Shown: positions 47,255 through 62,924 of the stretch, one piece after another
How positions within the stretch are numbered: the first letter of the stretch is position 1
Layout of the letters: every line of letters starts with the position of its first letter
From: Hormiphora californensis
Taxonomy: Eukaryota > Animalia > Ctenophora
Reading direction: 5' to 3'
DNA length: 64,000 nt
Assembly (NCBI GenBank): GCA_020137815.1
Contig: CM035358.1
Location: 6,944,001 to 7,008,000, forward strand
The notes under the pieces: model-generated
Told to the model about the DNA's origin: nothing
The model's database searches: none
The model's input: the letters and a program-made list of their open reading frames with translations, nothing else
Program-made: the position numbers and the translations under genes

Positions 47255-50200
47255 ATGGACGCGCTGATGTCCAGTAGTGACTGGATTTTAAATCCAGATT
47301 TTGATGAAGGCAGCATCTTAGCTGATTTTAACTGCGAGGTTGGTACCCACACAGCTTTGACAGTTTTTTTGCGGGGGTAACCGGACTATGAAAATTAAGC
47401 TTATCTGCAGTACCCAAACGCTATCTTTCTGACATCTTAAGCTCTCACGTATTCCATTTCCCAGGATTTCCCATCGTTGACAAACAACCCGGCATGTTCT
47501 CCAAGCAGCTTCGCGGGAGGTCAAGAAGAGGCCATGAATGGTTAGTCTATCTTAGAAGAAACTATACACCCCGTCTCTACCATTCCCCATCTCACTAGAT
47601 GCGTGGCGGGAGGCGTTTTCCAAGCTCGCTAAGATCGAAGAGAATCAAAGTGGAACGGGGAGTGACGTGACGTTGGGCTCTGGATTTAGTTACGAGACTG
47701 AGAGTGAGAGTGAGGAGATTCAGGGAGAGTATGTGATGGCTATCTCGTGCCCGTGTTGTGGCCAGGATTTTACTGATAGGAACAGGCTTGTCTCTCATCT
47801 GGAGAAAGTCCATCACAGGTGAGAGAGAGAGAACTAAACTGTAGGTACACCATGATCTTAACAGTAGAACAAGTTCGGAAACAACCATTTCACTCTCTTG
47901 TGAACTAATTATTATGAATGAGATATGATGAGTGAACTAACATCTCCCCCTTTTTTCCAGATGTGTTAGATGCGAGTACAAGTTCGAGACAGCTGAAGAG
48001 TTGGCCATGCACCAAACTATGTGTGTGTATAACTCTACTGAAGACGATAACCTGTCTATATCTGGGGATGAGGATACTAGCACTTTGATGAGCGCATCTC
48101 TCTCTATGGGTAAGAGAGACCTCTATAATAATTCGCTTCTGCCTCTATTGTTACAAGGTTATAACCACATTCTCCCCTGCTTAGTAGTAGAGTCGATAAC
48201 TACATCGACCTCTCCCAATTGTTCCAGTTTTTATCACATCTGTTTGGAGCCTCGACACGACCTCTAAACAGGTGTTACTTTTTCACAAACTGTTTTCATC
48301 TTGGTGTAATCAGCATTTGAAATGTTGCTGATCATAACAAAAACCTAACTATTTTTTTTCAACTTGGGGTAAAACCATGGGTGTCAAAAGTTAGCTCTAG
48401 GTCCCCTGAGTAACCATCCGGAGACTCTAAGAGATATTTCAAGCCGTTCTCCTGTAATCATTAATCCCGGTAGAGCACATATTTGAGTATGGACGTACGT
48501 GCAATTGCCTACAACCTCAACTTTAATGTATAACGTTAATGTGCGTCTCTCTCTTTTCTCCCCCTTGAGAAAGAGTTATCTCGCGCGGCGCAACCGCACG
48601 TGCGGTTTTTCCAGAGAGAGTGAGAGACATACAATAACATGTAAACAGCCTGCCAGCGCTCACGTACGTCCGCATTGTATTTTTTTCTCCACCGGGATTA
48701 ATGATTACGGGAGAACGGCTTGAAATATCTCTTAGAGTCTCCGGATGGTTACTCAGGGGACCTAGAGCTAACTTTTGACACCCATGGTTTTACCCCAAGT
48801 TGAAAAAAAATAGTTAGGTTTTTGTTATGATCAGCAACATTTCAAATGCTGATTACACCAAGATGAAAACAGTTTGTGAAAAAGTAACACCTGTTTAGAG
48901 GTCGTGTCGAGGCTCCAAACAGATGTGACAAAAACTGGAACAATTGGGAGAGGTCGATGTAGTTATCGACTCTACTATAGGGTAGCCACTGGCTATTTGA
49001 AACGCCTGCCAATGTGAAACAGTGTCTGACTATTTGAAACGCATGGTCTGGCTATTTGAAACGCAGTGCCGCGTATGTAGTAGCTTGTCTTGGGAGATGC
49101 CTAGCAAACAGTTGGTAGACATGACGTTATTTTAAATTCTGGAATAGAAACAATCCTTGTGTTTAAATAAAAAATTCAAAGATTTCCTTTTTATTTCAAA
49201 AAATGAAAATTGAGAAAATTAAATATAATTATAAATAGCTTTTTTAAACCTCTGGGCTCCGTCTCAGATCGGAAAAGTGTTCTAATTAAGCATAATTGGG
49301 TCTTAATGACCCCATTTACAACTTTTCACCGGGAAATGATTTATACTTATGTGAGGGCACTTTTCCGACTAATTTTGATACGCTGAATCACGTAAGCAGC
49401 CTTTCCAATCCCTCAGAGGTCGGGAAAGTACCTTAATTGAGCAATTAAGGTCAATTAGACCCAATTATACTCAATTAGGGCACTTAATCGGCCTCAGACG
49501 GATTGGAAAAGTTGCTTACGTGATTCAGCATATCGAAATTAGTCGGGTTCAGTGGTTTCCGATATGTTATGATCTGCAGGGCAAGCGATTCTGGTAATTT
49601 GAAACACTGAGGAGGGCTATTTGAAACACTTTTCTCCAAATCCGCTGTTGGAAATTTTTGATGTTCATTTTGAGCATAGGGAGGATATGAATTATGATTT
49701 AAGCCATTTCCGCCAAAAATTGGCCGAATTTGGGGCAAAAACCGTTTTCCTGGCTATTTGAAACACTTTTTGGAAACATTAACTGCACCAAGCACATGCA
49801 ACCAAATTCAGATTTCAGACATGGAATGGCACTGCACAACCCTTTTCTAACTATTCCATGTCAAAAATTTCGGTTTCGTGGAGAAATTGAGGGAGATACG
49901 GGTGTTTCAAATTAGCAGACCGAGGCGGGCTAACTGAAACACCAAATTTGGATAGATATCACGTGACCCTGGCCCCGGAAGCCAAAATGAGACATCTCCA
50001 ACCACCCCAAAAACTACCCAGGGACTGTCTCGGTAACACAAGGTCAAAAAAATTTGGGTTCGACTTGATTTGTGGGCAGGCAAGGGAAAAAAGTGAAAAA
50101 CTGTTTCAAATAGCCAGTCGCTACCCTATAATGTTTAATCGGCATTCACTCTATTTACTAACCCTCACTCTCTCTAGTTTCAATAGAAGATGGAGGTCCC

Positions 50201-52406
50201 TACGGGGGCGGTGGAGAACCAGAAGGACAATAAGGATAGTGTTTGGGATGAGATCCGTGCAATGCAGGCTGATCAGATGAAGAACACGCGAACCCGACAA
50301 TCGAGTAGCAGTAGCACTTGCACTAACATTGACAGGTAAATAATTAGTTGTTTTAATTAATAGATGAAATATATTTATTGATGAATTTGTTCCCCTCTTT
50401 GTTCCCCTCTTTGTTCCCCTTGTATATCTCTGCAGTAGTCTGTAGTAGCTAGTGTCCTACACAAGGTGCCATTCAACACCTGTATTGTAGACATGACGCT
50501 CTGTGTTGAGAGAATGAGTGTCTCACTTTGCACTACACCCTCACTGTACCTATATGTGTAATATGAACGTGGTGAGGTGTTTGCCCAAATATGGCAACTA
50601 TTATGCCCATATATGGTTACCACTGCAGACCACATTAGAGTTCCATCTGCAGCTGCTGTACGTGGTCTCTTTATTTCAACACCTGGGGGGGGGGGGGGGT
50701 CCAGCCCTAAAAAAAGCTAAAGGTACCCTGATTTTGGTCGATAGCGTTTTTTATTTTAGCTTTTTTTAGCTTTTTTTAGCTTTTTTTAGCCCTACTTTTT
50801 ATGTTTTTTCAGCATTCATCTTGACACTTTTCCATTAAATTTTCATCCTTCCGGACGTCTATTGACTGCATTTGTTCATTTCCTGCACATTTTTTACCAT
50901 AATCTACCGTTTATGTCCATACATAGCAATTTCTGTATCCACCCCTACTGCCATTTTCTGGAGACATTTTTTTGATAAAAATATTATTCAAATTTGATAA
51001 AAATAGTTTTAAAAAAGTTCAAAAAACGTTATAAAACGTTATAATAAAAGTTTAAAAAATTTGGCGTCAGCGGGATTCGAACCTATATGAATCCACTAAA
51101 AACTTAATTTTAGCTTTTTTTTAGCTTTTTTTTAGCTTTTTTTTAGCTAAAAAAAGCTAAAAAAAAGTTTTAAAAAAAGCTAAAAAAGGCTAAAAAAGCT
51201 AAAAAAAAGGCTAAAAAAGCTAAAGGTACCCTGATTTTGGCCGTTAGCTTAGCTTTTTTTAGGGCTGGACCCCCCCCCACACCTGTTGTACACTGAACAA
51301 TAAGCTAATTAAGGGAGGGGCTCAACTTATTTAATTACGAACACCCTTCTTCTCTGATGTTAATTAACCCCGTTATTCTACCTCTGTTAATTAACCCCCC
51401 CCCCATTATTTCAACAGGGGTGGAGGATTCAACGACACGACCACTCCAAACCTGAACCCCGCCAAGACGGATTCTAAGAAGAAGATCTCTATCAAGGTTG
51501 AACCCGATGCCTCAGTTAATGATCCCAGTTTTGAGTTTGAGAGCACGGTCAAGGCACCCGTTGCAAAGATTAAACCAAGTAAGTGAACCCTCTATCCCTC
51601 CATAATAACTAATTTAGGGCTTTTTTAGGGCTGGACCCTTCTCTCTACTATAATTCTCACCAATAACACCCCATATCTCTCTCCAGATTCTCTGCTAAAG
51701 AAGCGGCTCCGTCCCAATCTGGCCACTAAAGTTCGAGGAAGGTACGGCAAGGGAAAGAACACAGCGCCCCTAGCCCCTCCCTCGCCCCCATCCTCCCCAA
51801 CCCTTGGTGACCAGGAACTACTAGATCCCGTCACACCTGATAACCCTGAACAGCAGGAAGAGGAGGAGGCTGAGCAGCCTGCTATAGAGATAAAAGAGGA
51901 ACCCCAAGATTTGGAGGGTGAGCTGACGTGTGAAGTGTGCGAGATGACGTTTGAGGGGTATCAGGATATGGAGCAACATGCAGCAACACACAATGTACCT
52001 GACACTAATGTAAGTTGATGATAGTCTCTTCCCAAAGTTCTTATTCCTATTCTTAGATGAATCAAACTTTAAATGTGTAGGGTAGTGCAACGATATATGG
52101 GGGACTTCATTGTCCACATGTCTTCCTCATCAGGCATCCCAATTCTCATCCATATTATATCTGATCCCTTCTATTTCCAGGGTGTAAGCTGTGTGATATG
52201 CGGTGAGCACTGTGCCTCATTTGACGAGTTAAACGCACACGAAAAAGAGAAACACGGCACATTCGCATACAAGTGTGGCGATTGCAATAGGATCTTCAAC
52301 ACTCAACTTAGTTTTAAAGAACACGAGAAGTACCATAGCGACTACAAACAGTGCCCTCTGTGCGACAAGAAATTCCTGAATGCAGAACGGTAAATATCTC
52401 TCTCTC

Positions 52407-52499
<93 letters not shown>

Positions 52500-55071
52500 T
52501 CTCTCTCTCTGATCGCTAAGTGTAGTACATTAGTGAGAATGTACAGTGTGACAAGAGGGAAAATCCTTGTCACATAATGACTACAGCTGTGTTATACAGG
52601 GTGTCCCACTACCACTCGAAATGGGACACTCTGATCATATTACACATAATTCTCACTACGTTATTTGCACACCAGATTGGCGAGGCACCAGAGTACCCGG
52701 TGTAATAGTTCTGAGATCAAGTGTATTCAGTGTAGTGCAGTGTTTAACACCATCGAGGCCCTACAGGTAATAACATCAAACACTCAGTGACGTCACATGC
52801 TAATGCTGTGAAGCATCATTTCTTCTGAATCGTGTATACTTTCTCCTAAATACTCTTGATTCCTGAATACCTTCTCTGTTTCCCTGAATGCAACTGTTTC
52901 TTCTAAATGTAAACTGCTGTTTTCTTAGCAACTAACCTCTCTCAAATCATGCATAACCGCCTGATTGCTAGTCTTTCCGCTTTATTTGTAACTCTAGAGC
53001 CTTGTGCTCTTCCTAACCCCCTTTTATGAACTTTCTTTCCTGACCCACCCTCCCTCTTTGTCACCCCCTCTTCTAACCCTGCCCCACTTCACCAGGAACA
53101 CAAGCAGACAGTGCACGGTAGGAATGTATACAGATGTGACAAATGTGGGAAGACATTTGATCACAAACAGACTCTTGCTGTTCACAAGATGTCCCATACT
53201 GGCGAGGAAAAACCATTCAAATGCAAGGTACTGTTCAGAGTTGTGATTTCACAGTTTCATGTACTCTTCGAGCCGGACCAAACCCCGATAGAAACTTTTT
53301 AGACCCCTCGCCCCGGCCTCCCCCCCATGTCTCTGGCCTTATGTACTTATTATTACTCTCTTTCTTGGGAAGTTATAATCTTGCGGCAGGAATGAACTCT
53401 CATAATTTCATATTACCCCGACCTTGGCAGTTATACTGTTTAAATTCACACTGTTTAAATTATAGCCTCAGGGCGGGTTATATTTTGACTGCCCTGACTT
53501 TTTTTTTTTTTTTTTTTTTTTTTTATGTCTTCATCGTTCCTATATCTGTCACCCCCCACCACATCATGTGAACCCTGTCAGGCAATTGCTGACCCTATTT
53601 GCTTCAATCACGAAGACAGGTCAGGCGGGCTAAGTCTGACAGCGTCTATACAACATACATGTGTGGTGGAGTTTGACGGATATCATCTCTGCAGCCATCC
53701 AGTTGAAACCGGTATTAACCGTATACTGCGAGCACCTAATCTCTGGTGCTCTATGCAGTTCTATGCCCAATCACTGACAGTAACGCTTGCAGTATGTAGT
53801 CAACTAGACTTCTTGGCGTAGCATATGACGACACCCTAGAGACTAGTTGGAAAGCAGGGTGTGGAAGCGGGGTCAAATGTTCGTGAGCAAGCATGTATCA
53901 TATGTTCGTGTGTGAGACGGGAGTGAACTCCATGTGCTGATCGTGCAATTTGATAGTGTTCGTGAAAAGTGGTTTAGCTCAAGGGTAAAGATATATAGAA
54001 AGAGAGAGAGAGAGGAGAGGAGAGAGAGAGAGAGAGGAGAAGGGGAGGAGAAGAGATAGATAATGAGAGTAGATTAAGATAGATAGAGGAACGGGATAAA
54101 TTCAATATACACCCCCACCATGCATATAAGAAATAATCCCGGCTGGCTCCTATCGGACAGACTGTCCATTAGCGAGAGCAGTGAGGAGAGGAGCTCGGTG
54201 CTCTCTCTGGGCACGTTCCGCAGGTAGTCGAGTAGAGAGTGAGAGAGAGAGACGACAGAGAGAGGAGAGAGAGAGCAGAAGGCAGAAGGGGGGGGCAGAA
54301 GGCAGAGGACTACCGACCAGATCCACTTTTGCCGGGTAAAGGACTACCAATCACCAACACCCTCGGCCTAAGCTTAAGGACGGCAAACCCGCCCAGTCTG
54401 GGATGGATACTGCAGCTGCTTCCAGTACCGGCACCATAACAGACAGCCACCACCACTCCATAATCCCCCCTCCCCTTCGGAAATCCCCAGGCCGCAAATG
54501 TGGGGTTCGTGTACACTCCTCTCTCCAGGGTAAATGGTGACCGGAAGAAAAGGCCGGGTAGGTGGACGTGGATGAGTGGCTTGTGATTACGCATTAAGCT
54601 GCGGTAAGGTGCTGGCTGAGTTTTGAACTGCGTGTTGTGCCAAACTTTTTTGAAGATGGTCAGTACCACAGCCTGTGGCACTGTACCACAGGCTGTGGTA
54701 CTTTCCAACCTAGCCTAAGGAACCCTCACCCTAACTCTACCCCGGTGGATAAGTGGAAAGAAGGGCGAGAGAAAAGATGGTGAGAGGAGAGAGAGAAAGA
54801 GAGATGAGATCGAACGACATGGAGATGACGAGAGACGAGATCGAGTGCAGAGGAGACGAGACCTAATAGTTCGGAGAGAGAGCAGTTGCGAGAGCGACGA
54901 GTCAGAGGAATTTAGAGAGCGTCGAGAGATAGAGAAGAGAGAGGGAGACGAAAGGGGGGGGAGGGGACAGAGAGCGCACTCTGCAGAGAAGAGAAGAGGA
55001 GCAAGAGAGAGGGAGAGTTGAGAGGGAGGGAGGAAAGGGGGACGACAGAGGGAGGAGAGAGAGGGAGAGAG

Positions 55072-55130
<59 letters not shown>

Positions 55131-57391
55131 GAGAGAGATAGGGGAGAGGGCGGGGAGAGAAAGAGACGGAGAAAAACAGGAAGAAGAGAGGGATTAGCCA
55201 AGAAGAATGCGGAAGAAGACCTTTGAAGAAGAGAGGGGCAGGGGAAGAAAGAATCGGATTCCGGAACCCTAAAAAATGCGTAAATGATGGTGGTTGTTTT
55301 AGTCTATCCGCCTATAGACAGTTGTACCTGGGGAATGTAATTGAGGAGTGGGTGCATGAACTTACCCCTTTCTCATATATGTGAGAGGTGCCCTGCGAAT
55401 GCCAGAGTCTAGGGCCTAGGTTAGTAATGCTGTAACACATAAAACACATAATGAATATGATATGCCAGTTAAATGAAACTGGAACCGGTGATAGTGAGGG
55501 TGAAAATGGCACCTCCCCTATGGTAAATGCAAATTAATATCCCCTACCTATGGGTCACCCCGAAATTACTCGGTACTCAGAATCCCCCGAAACCACCCAA
55601 AAAGAAGAACGGGACGATGATTGAGTGAGCGAGAGAGAGAGAGAGAGAGAGTGGGGGAGAGTGAGAGAGAGCGCGAGAGAGAGAAAGAGGGAAAGGGCGA
55701 GAAAGAGACAGAGAGAGATAGAGAGAGAGATAGAGAGAGGGAGAGAGAGAGGGGAAGGGAGAACAACAACAACAGCCCTGACTTTAATTATAAACTCCCT
55801 CTATATTACAAGTCTCTTACTACCCAGAACCCTGCCTACTACTCTCAGCTCTATCCCTCTATGTTACACAAAACTATTGCTCGAGTTCTGCCCAATATCC
55901 CCCTCCGTCCCCTAGAACCCTGCCTACTACCCCTCTCTCAGATCCCCCAATACACCCGACGTGACTATTGCTAGAACCCCTGCCTACTACCCCTCTCTCT
56001 CTCTCAGCTCCCCCAATACACTCGCCTAGACTATTGCTTGAACCCCTGCCTACTACCCTCTCTCTCACAGCTCCCCAATACACCCGCCTAGACTATTGCT
56101 AGAACCTTGCCTACTACCTCTCTCTCAGCTCCGTCCTGTTTTTCAGGTTTGCGGCAAGGGTTTCAAGACATACTGGTATTACGTAGTGCACGAGAAGTGT
56201 TACTGTAAACACATAGATAAAACCAACTCCATTGTGCCGCCCTACGGGACTGATGCCAGCAAAAAGAAGTTCTACCAGTGCAAAATCTGCAGTAGGGTCT
56301 TCCCCCACATCTCACATCTGAAAGTTCATAACTACATTCATACAGGTAATTCTACATTTGTTAATTACTGCTAATTATCTAATTAATTGCTGCCAATTAG
56401 TTAATTACTGCTATAATTAACGTTACTAATTACCACTTTCTTCAGGAGAACGGCCATACAAATGTAACAGCTGTGGAAAAGGCTTCACACAGAAACAAAA
56501 CCTAAAGGTCCACGAACGAGTGCACACGGGTGAAAAACCCTACATTTGTAACAGTTGTGGGTTTGGATTCAAAGACCTTGGCAACTTGAGACGTCATCAG
56601 TATATCCACACCGGGGAGAAACCCCATGCGTGTGACCTGTGTGATAAACGGTTTACATGGGTAGAGAGCTTGCGGAGGCACAAGAGGACACATTTGAAGC
56701 AGCGGCCTTACGAGTGTAAAATATGTAAACGGGAGTTTGTTCACTTGGGCCATCTGCGAATACACGAACTGGTTCACAAGGTAATTAGAATAAGTAAAAC
56801 ACAGTTAATTGTTAGTTGATTAGTACTGTTAATTATTGGTGTATTGAACCCTTGTCCATTTAGTATATATACGCAGTTCCCAATTCCAGCATGGCATTAT
56901 AAATTATTGACAAGATAATCTAGGATCTAACTCCCTTGTTCGACCCTCCCTCTCTATAAAATAAAAAGGGCTTAAACAAAACAAGATCCAACCCTCTGTT
57001 TATTTCCAGCAAGACGAGCGGCCCATTCCAATGCAATATCTGTGGGAAGAGTTTCACAATGTTGTCATCCCTCTCTATCCACGAGCACATTCATCTGGAG
57101 AGGAAACCTTACCCTTGTGACATGTGCCAAAGGACGTTCATGACAGCTTCAGCGCTGAGCACACACAAACAGACTCATGTACAACGGATGGCTAGTGCTT
57201 ATAGACAGGTATGTAGTTGGGCACTGGGCAGATCAGTACTGGGTCTCTTGTTACGTTGGGCAGGAGTGGGGGTAATGGGTATTTTTGTCTCACTGTCAGG
57301 CTGGGGTGTTAAAATTGCTATTTTCAGTCTCCCGTTCTCTAACAATCCCTTCTCCCCCTTTCAGGCGTATAGAGACAAGTTTAGTTTCTGA
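47255..57391 (+). CDS. Multi-exon C2H2 zinc-finger protein (approx. exons 47255-47338, 47465-47540, 47599-47818, 47961-48109, ~50187-50335, 51418-51578, 51687-52008, 52181-52389, 53095-53227, 56147-56345, 56446-56780, 57010-57208, 57365-57391)
   Basis: At least 15 CxxC...H...H fingers with TGEKP/TGERP linkers, in AG/GT-bounded blocks. The phase of the 48109/50187 junction is unresolved. Confidence 0.82.
48185..48977. mobile_element. 793-bp Academ-like MITE, copy 2
   Basis: Near-identical to 19955-20747; 3-bp TSD TAG. Confidence 0.88.
48980..50126. mobile_element. Non-autonomous TIR element with GGG...CCC termini, probable TA target
   Basis: GGGTAGCCACTGGCTATTTGAAAC...GTTTCAAATAGCCAGTCGCTACCC, with repeated CTATTTGAAAC motifs. 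Confidence 0.8.
50686..51278. mobile_element. Merlin-like MITE
   Basis: TIR GGGGGGGGTCCAGCCCTAAAAAAAGCTAA; flanking duplication ACACCTG (7 bp, or 8 with one mismatch). Confidence 0.85.
55910..56130 (+). repeat. ~60-bp tandem repeat upstream of a zinc-finger exon acceptor
   Basis: Four copies of CTAGAACCC(C)TGCCTACTACCCTCTCTCAG. Confidence 0.8.
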
Positions 57392-57836
57392 GAGGGGAAC
57401 ACAGATCTTTAGTGTGTTTCTATATTGTAGGTGTACTTGTTATTAGCGGGATGGAGGATGGATATGATGATTTGCTACTAGATATATTAGCATCTATTTG
57501 ATGGTATGGCTACATCAGATGTGGATCGGGTTGCGAAAATGTGGAAGTTATCTCTCTACAAACTACCAAGAGAGAAACTGGAAACTTCATCACATATCGA
57601 ATCTTGGAAATGAGGTTTCGAAGCTAAGGAGGTATCTATCTCACATGAGGTTGTGGTGGCTGGTGGTGCAACAAACATAACACTGATGACAAGCAGAATC
57701 GAAAGCAAAAAAACGAGTGACACTGACTTCTTTTTTCCTAACATTACACATGTTGCACACACACACCACTAGATAGGGATGAGATTGACAATTATTTGGT
57801 ACTATGACCCAGTACTACTTATTAGAGAGGGTCTGA

Positions 57837-57904
57837 TTATTTAGGTCACGTGACTGGTTATCAGCCAATCAGGGACCAGTATTTCCTGATTCGGTCGGTT
57901 CCTG
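57837..57904. mobile_element. hAT-like MITE, copy D (left part missing)
   Basis: Matches the right two-thirds of the other copies. Confidence 0.85.
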
Positions 57905-58175
57905 GTCTGACCCCATAATTGGAACGGGGTTATTATATCTTGTATTGTTCGGTTAGAACATAACAATGTGACTATCTAGGTTATTAGTTGGGGGTTTCGC
58001 TGTTCAATACAGCGGAGAGTAGGTATTTATGTGTATTTACACTCTGGAATCTCATTTTCCAAGTTTCGGGAATCTTCATTTTTCCCTTCAAGAGATTCTA
58101 GAGTGGGAACAGGCTGTGTGTCCCACATCTTTGATGTGTCTAGATGTGACATCTAGTGGAACACATCCTGTATAT

Positions 58176-58284
58176 CAGGAACCGACCGAAACAAGTAAAC
58201 AACCAATCAGAACTCTTTATTTAGGTCACGTGACTGGTTATCAGCCAATCAGGGACCAGTATTTCCTGATTCGGTCGGTTCCTG
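58176..58284. mobile_element. hAT-like MITE, copy E
   Basis: Full TIRs; 8-bp TSD CTGTATAT. Confidence 0.9.
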
Positions 58285-59066
58285 CTGTATATTGCATGTT
58301 GTTTTATAACTGTGTTAGGGGCGGTCTATTATAGACATGTTGTCACTTGTTTTGTCGAGCAAGGCAAGTTGTCACATAGTTTCACGTTATGCGAGTCTTT
58401 CGATAGGGAGCCATCTTCTAAACATCTTATAGGGACGAGTTTTTTACCTGACCCTAAATATATCTAACCGAGAAGTCTGAAGGAGTTCGGACTATGCCCA
58501 TATATGGTGTGTCCCTCAGTCCTCCGTCATTTTCTGACTGAAAGAGACAGAGCAACCTAACCAGATAAATACGATATTTAATGTTGACTTTTGTTAGTGT
58601 CTTGGACCCTTTTTATCACACGAGACTTCTCTTTATCACATTTATATATATCAACTGGGGGGTTATCTTTTAGATTTTATAGTAAGCCCGATCTATAGAT
58701 TTTTTAGCTTTTCTTTAACTTATTATCGTATAATTAACCTACTTTCGGGGACACCAAAATTTATAATTTATCCGTTAAACTCTTTAAAAAATGTAAACTT
58801 TCGTATCGTGACTGATAGCTTCAAAAATTATTCCAAATCCCCTGAAAGTATGTTAGTCCTCCACACAGAGGCGCATTGACCACTGTAAGTTATTGATTAA
58901 GTTATTATTTTTACCAAAATTGTAGTTAAATGCTTCAAAAAATCGAAACTCTGTTGTTTTATTACTCTTCTACACAGTATTACCCCAACATTTCTCTTTA
59001 CCTCTATCTCTTCCCCCTCTCCCGATACTCTGAACCAAGTTAACCAAACTTTAAATTGTATAGGCC

Positions 59067-59370
59067 ATGGGTTCTCTGAAGCGATTTATGATCAAGAAGA
59101 AGCTGGCTAAGGCCCAGAAACAGAACAGGCCCATTCCCCAGTGGATCCGCCTCAGGACCGACAACAGGATCCGGTAAGTTAAGAACTGACCCCTACCCTC
59201 ACCATTTCATGCCTGACACGCCGCCCCGGACCTTGTCATGATGCTCTCTTTACATGAACAGCCCCCTCTCTCCATTAGCATTTCACTCATCAGTTCATGG
59301 CACACCTTAAAATCTGGCAACGCTTGCTTCTTTCTACACTTTTTCTCAAGCTATCTCTTTCCAAGCCTCT

Positions 59371-59440
<70 letters not shown>

Positions 59441-59754
59441 TTCTCTCTCTATCATTCTCTCTCTTTCTTTCTCTCTTCCTCAGTCTCCTGATGAATGAAT
59501 TATCTCGCATACATTATGTGCTATTTTACATTAGAACTGTCACTTTACCAGCACATGATCTCACTCAAATATGATTTAAGTCTGCCCTACGCCACAACTC
59601 ATCCCTATTTGGCTATCCCAGATCCGACACTAGGATTCCCAGATTCTATTTTCTAACCCATGTCTTCTTCGTTTACCCACATTTTAACCCCCTCTTCTCT
59701 CCCAGGTACAATGCTAAGCGAAGGCACTGGAGGAGGACAAAGCTGGGTTTGTAA
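59067..59754 (+). CDS. RPL39: 60S ribosomal protein L39 (exons 59067-59173, 59706-59754)
   Basis: [36 protein letters not shown]|[15 protein letters not shown]. Confidence 0.97.
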
Positions 59755-60011
59755 ACTGGATCTCTCTTTTGTGGAGGAGTCTAGCGATATAATCATTGCT
59801 CCCAGTTTTTACAATATTTAAAAAACAACACCACGAGTTTTATTACCACTCTCCAGCCTTCATCCCGTAGCCCTACCCCGACTCCATCCCGAGCCTTACT
59901 CGACCCTTGCTCGATCATCTTTCACCTGTTTAGAAGATAACAACCCCGACCCCTGTGCACAAAATGATCTTATATCTCCCATCATCTAATTCCCTACTCC
60001 TCTATCTAGCC

Positions 60012-62002
<1,991 letters not shown>

Positions 62003-62419
62003 GAACAGAATCACCCGCCTCCACTTGCGAAGTGGATTGTGGGACTATTTATCCGAACCCCAGAGTTTGGGGGCTATGATATATATGAACTGTAAACAGA
62101 TTGGACATTTTGTGAGAGAGGATTTGTGTTGCGTAGGAACTCTGTTTTTTTGTATATAAAAGTTAAACTACAGTTAAACATTTTAAAAGTTATCATTTGT
62201 TTGTTATTCATTTTACTTTTTACAGCCCATGCTAATTTACATGTTTCTCTTCCTTTTAACCCTGTCTGAAACTTCTCCGTTTCTTGAAATTGGAGTTCTA
62301 AACACAATTTCTATTAAAAAAGACACCCTGTACCAATAACTGTAACACCCCGTAAAACGAACATTTTACCTCCCCCACTCTGTAAAACAAACCCCCTACT
62401 TATCTTTTAGCAAGGCATA

Positions 62420-62924
62420 ATGCAGCCTGTCAAGCTCTTCAGCAAGGGAGTCGTCACTGGATACAGGCGGGGACAGCGAAACCAGGACACTTCCATTTCT
62501 CTCGTCAAGATTGAGGGTAATTAATTAATCATCACTAAGAAACTGGCGCCAGTAGTCGAATCTTTTACTGGGCCCACCACTGACTTCGTCCCCAGCTTTT
62601 TAAATTTCCCACTTAGTCCCCAGCTTTTAGATTTCTATAAACGTCCTCAGATTTCCCAAATTTCACCTCTTTTCTCCCCCAGGAGTCACCAGCAAGGCCG
62701 ATACTGAGTTTTACCTAGGAAAGCGAATCGCCTACGTTTACCGAGGACTCAAGTCCAGGAAGAACAAGATCACAAAGCGAGACACGAAACTCCGAGTTAT
62801 CTGGGGCAAGGTCCGACGTGCCCATGGATCAAGCGGAGCTGTCCGAGCCTCCTTCAGGACCAATCTGCCTCCCAAGGCCATCGGTGCTACTGTTCGAGTG
62901 ATGTTGTACCCATCCCGAGTGTAG
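62420..62924 (+). CDS. RPL35A: 60S ribosomal protein L35a (exons 62420-62516, 62683-62924)
   Basis: GYRRGQRNQ...KIEG|V...[11 protein letters not shown]...[43 protein letters not shown]. Confidence 0.97.

Noticed and set aside
53260-55610. Probable inserted element in the zinc-finger intron (shares CTCTTCGAGCCGGACCA with 24390-24406)
   Set aside because: Could not define matching ends, a TSD or coding remnants.
59174-59705. snoRNA in the RPL39 intron (or the RPL35A intron)
   Set aside because: No convincing C/D box pair with a terminal stem, or H/ACA structure, seen by eye.
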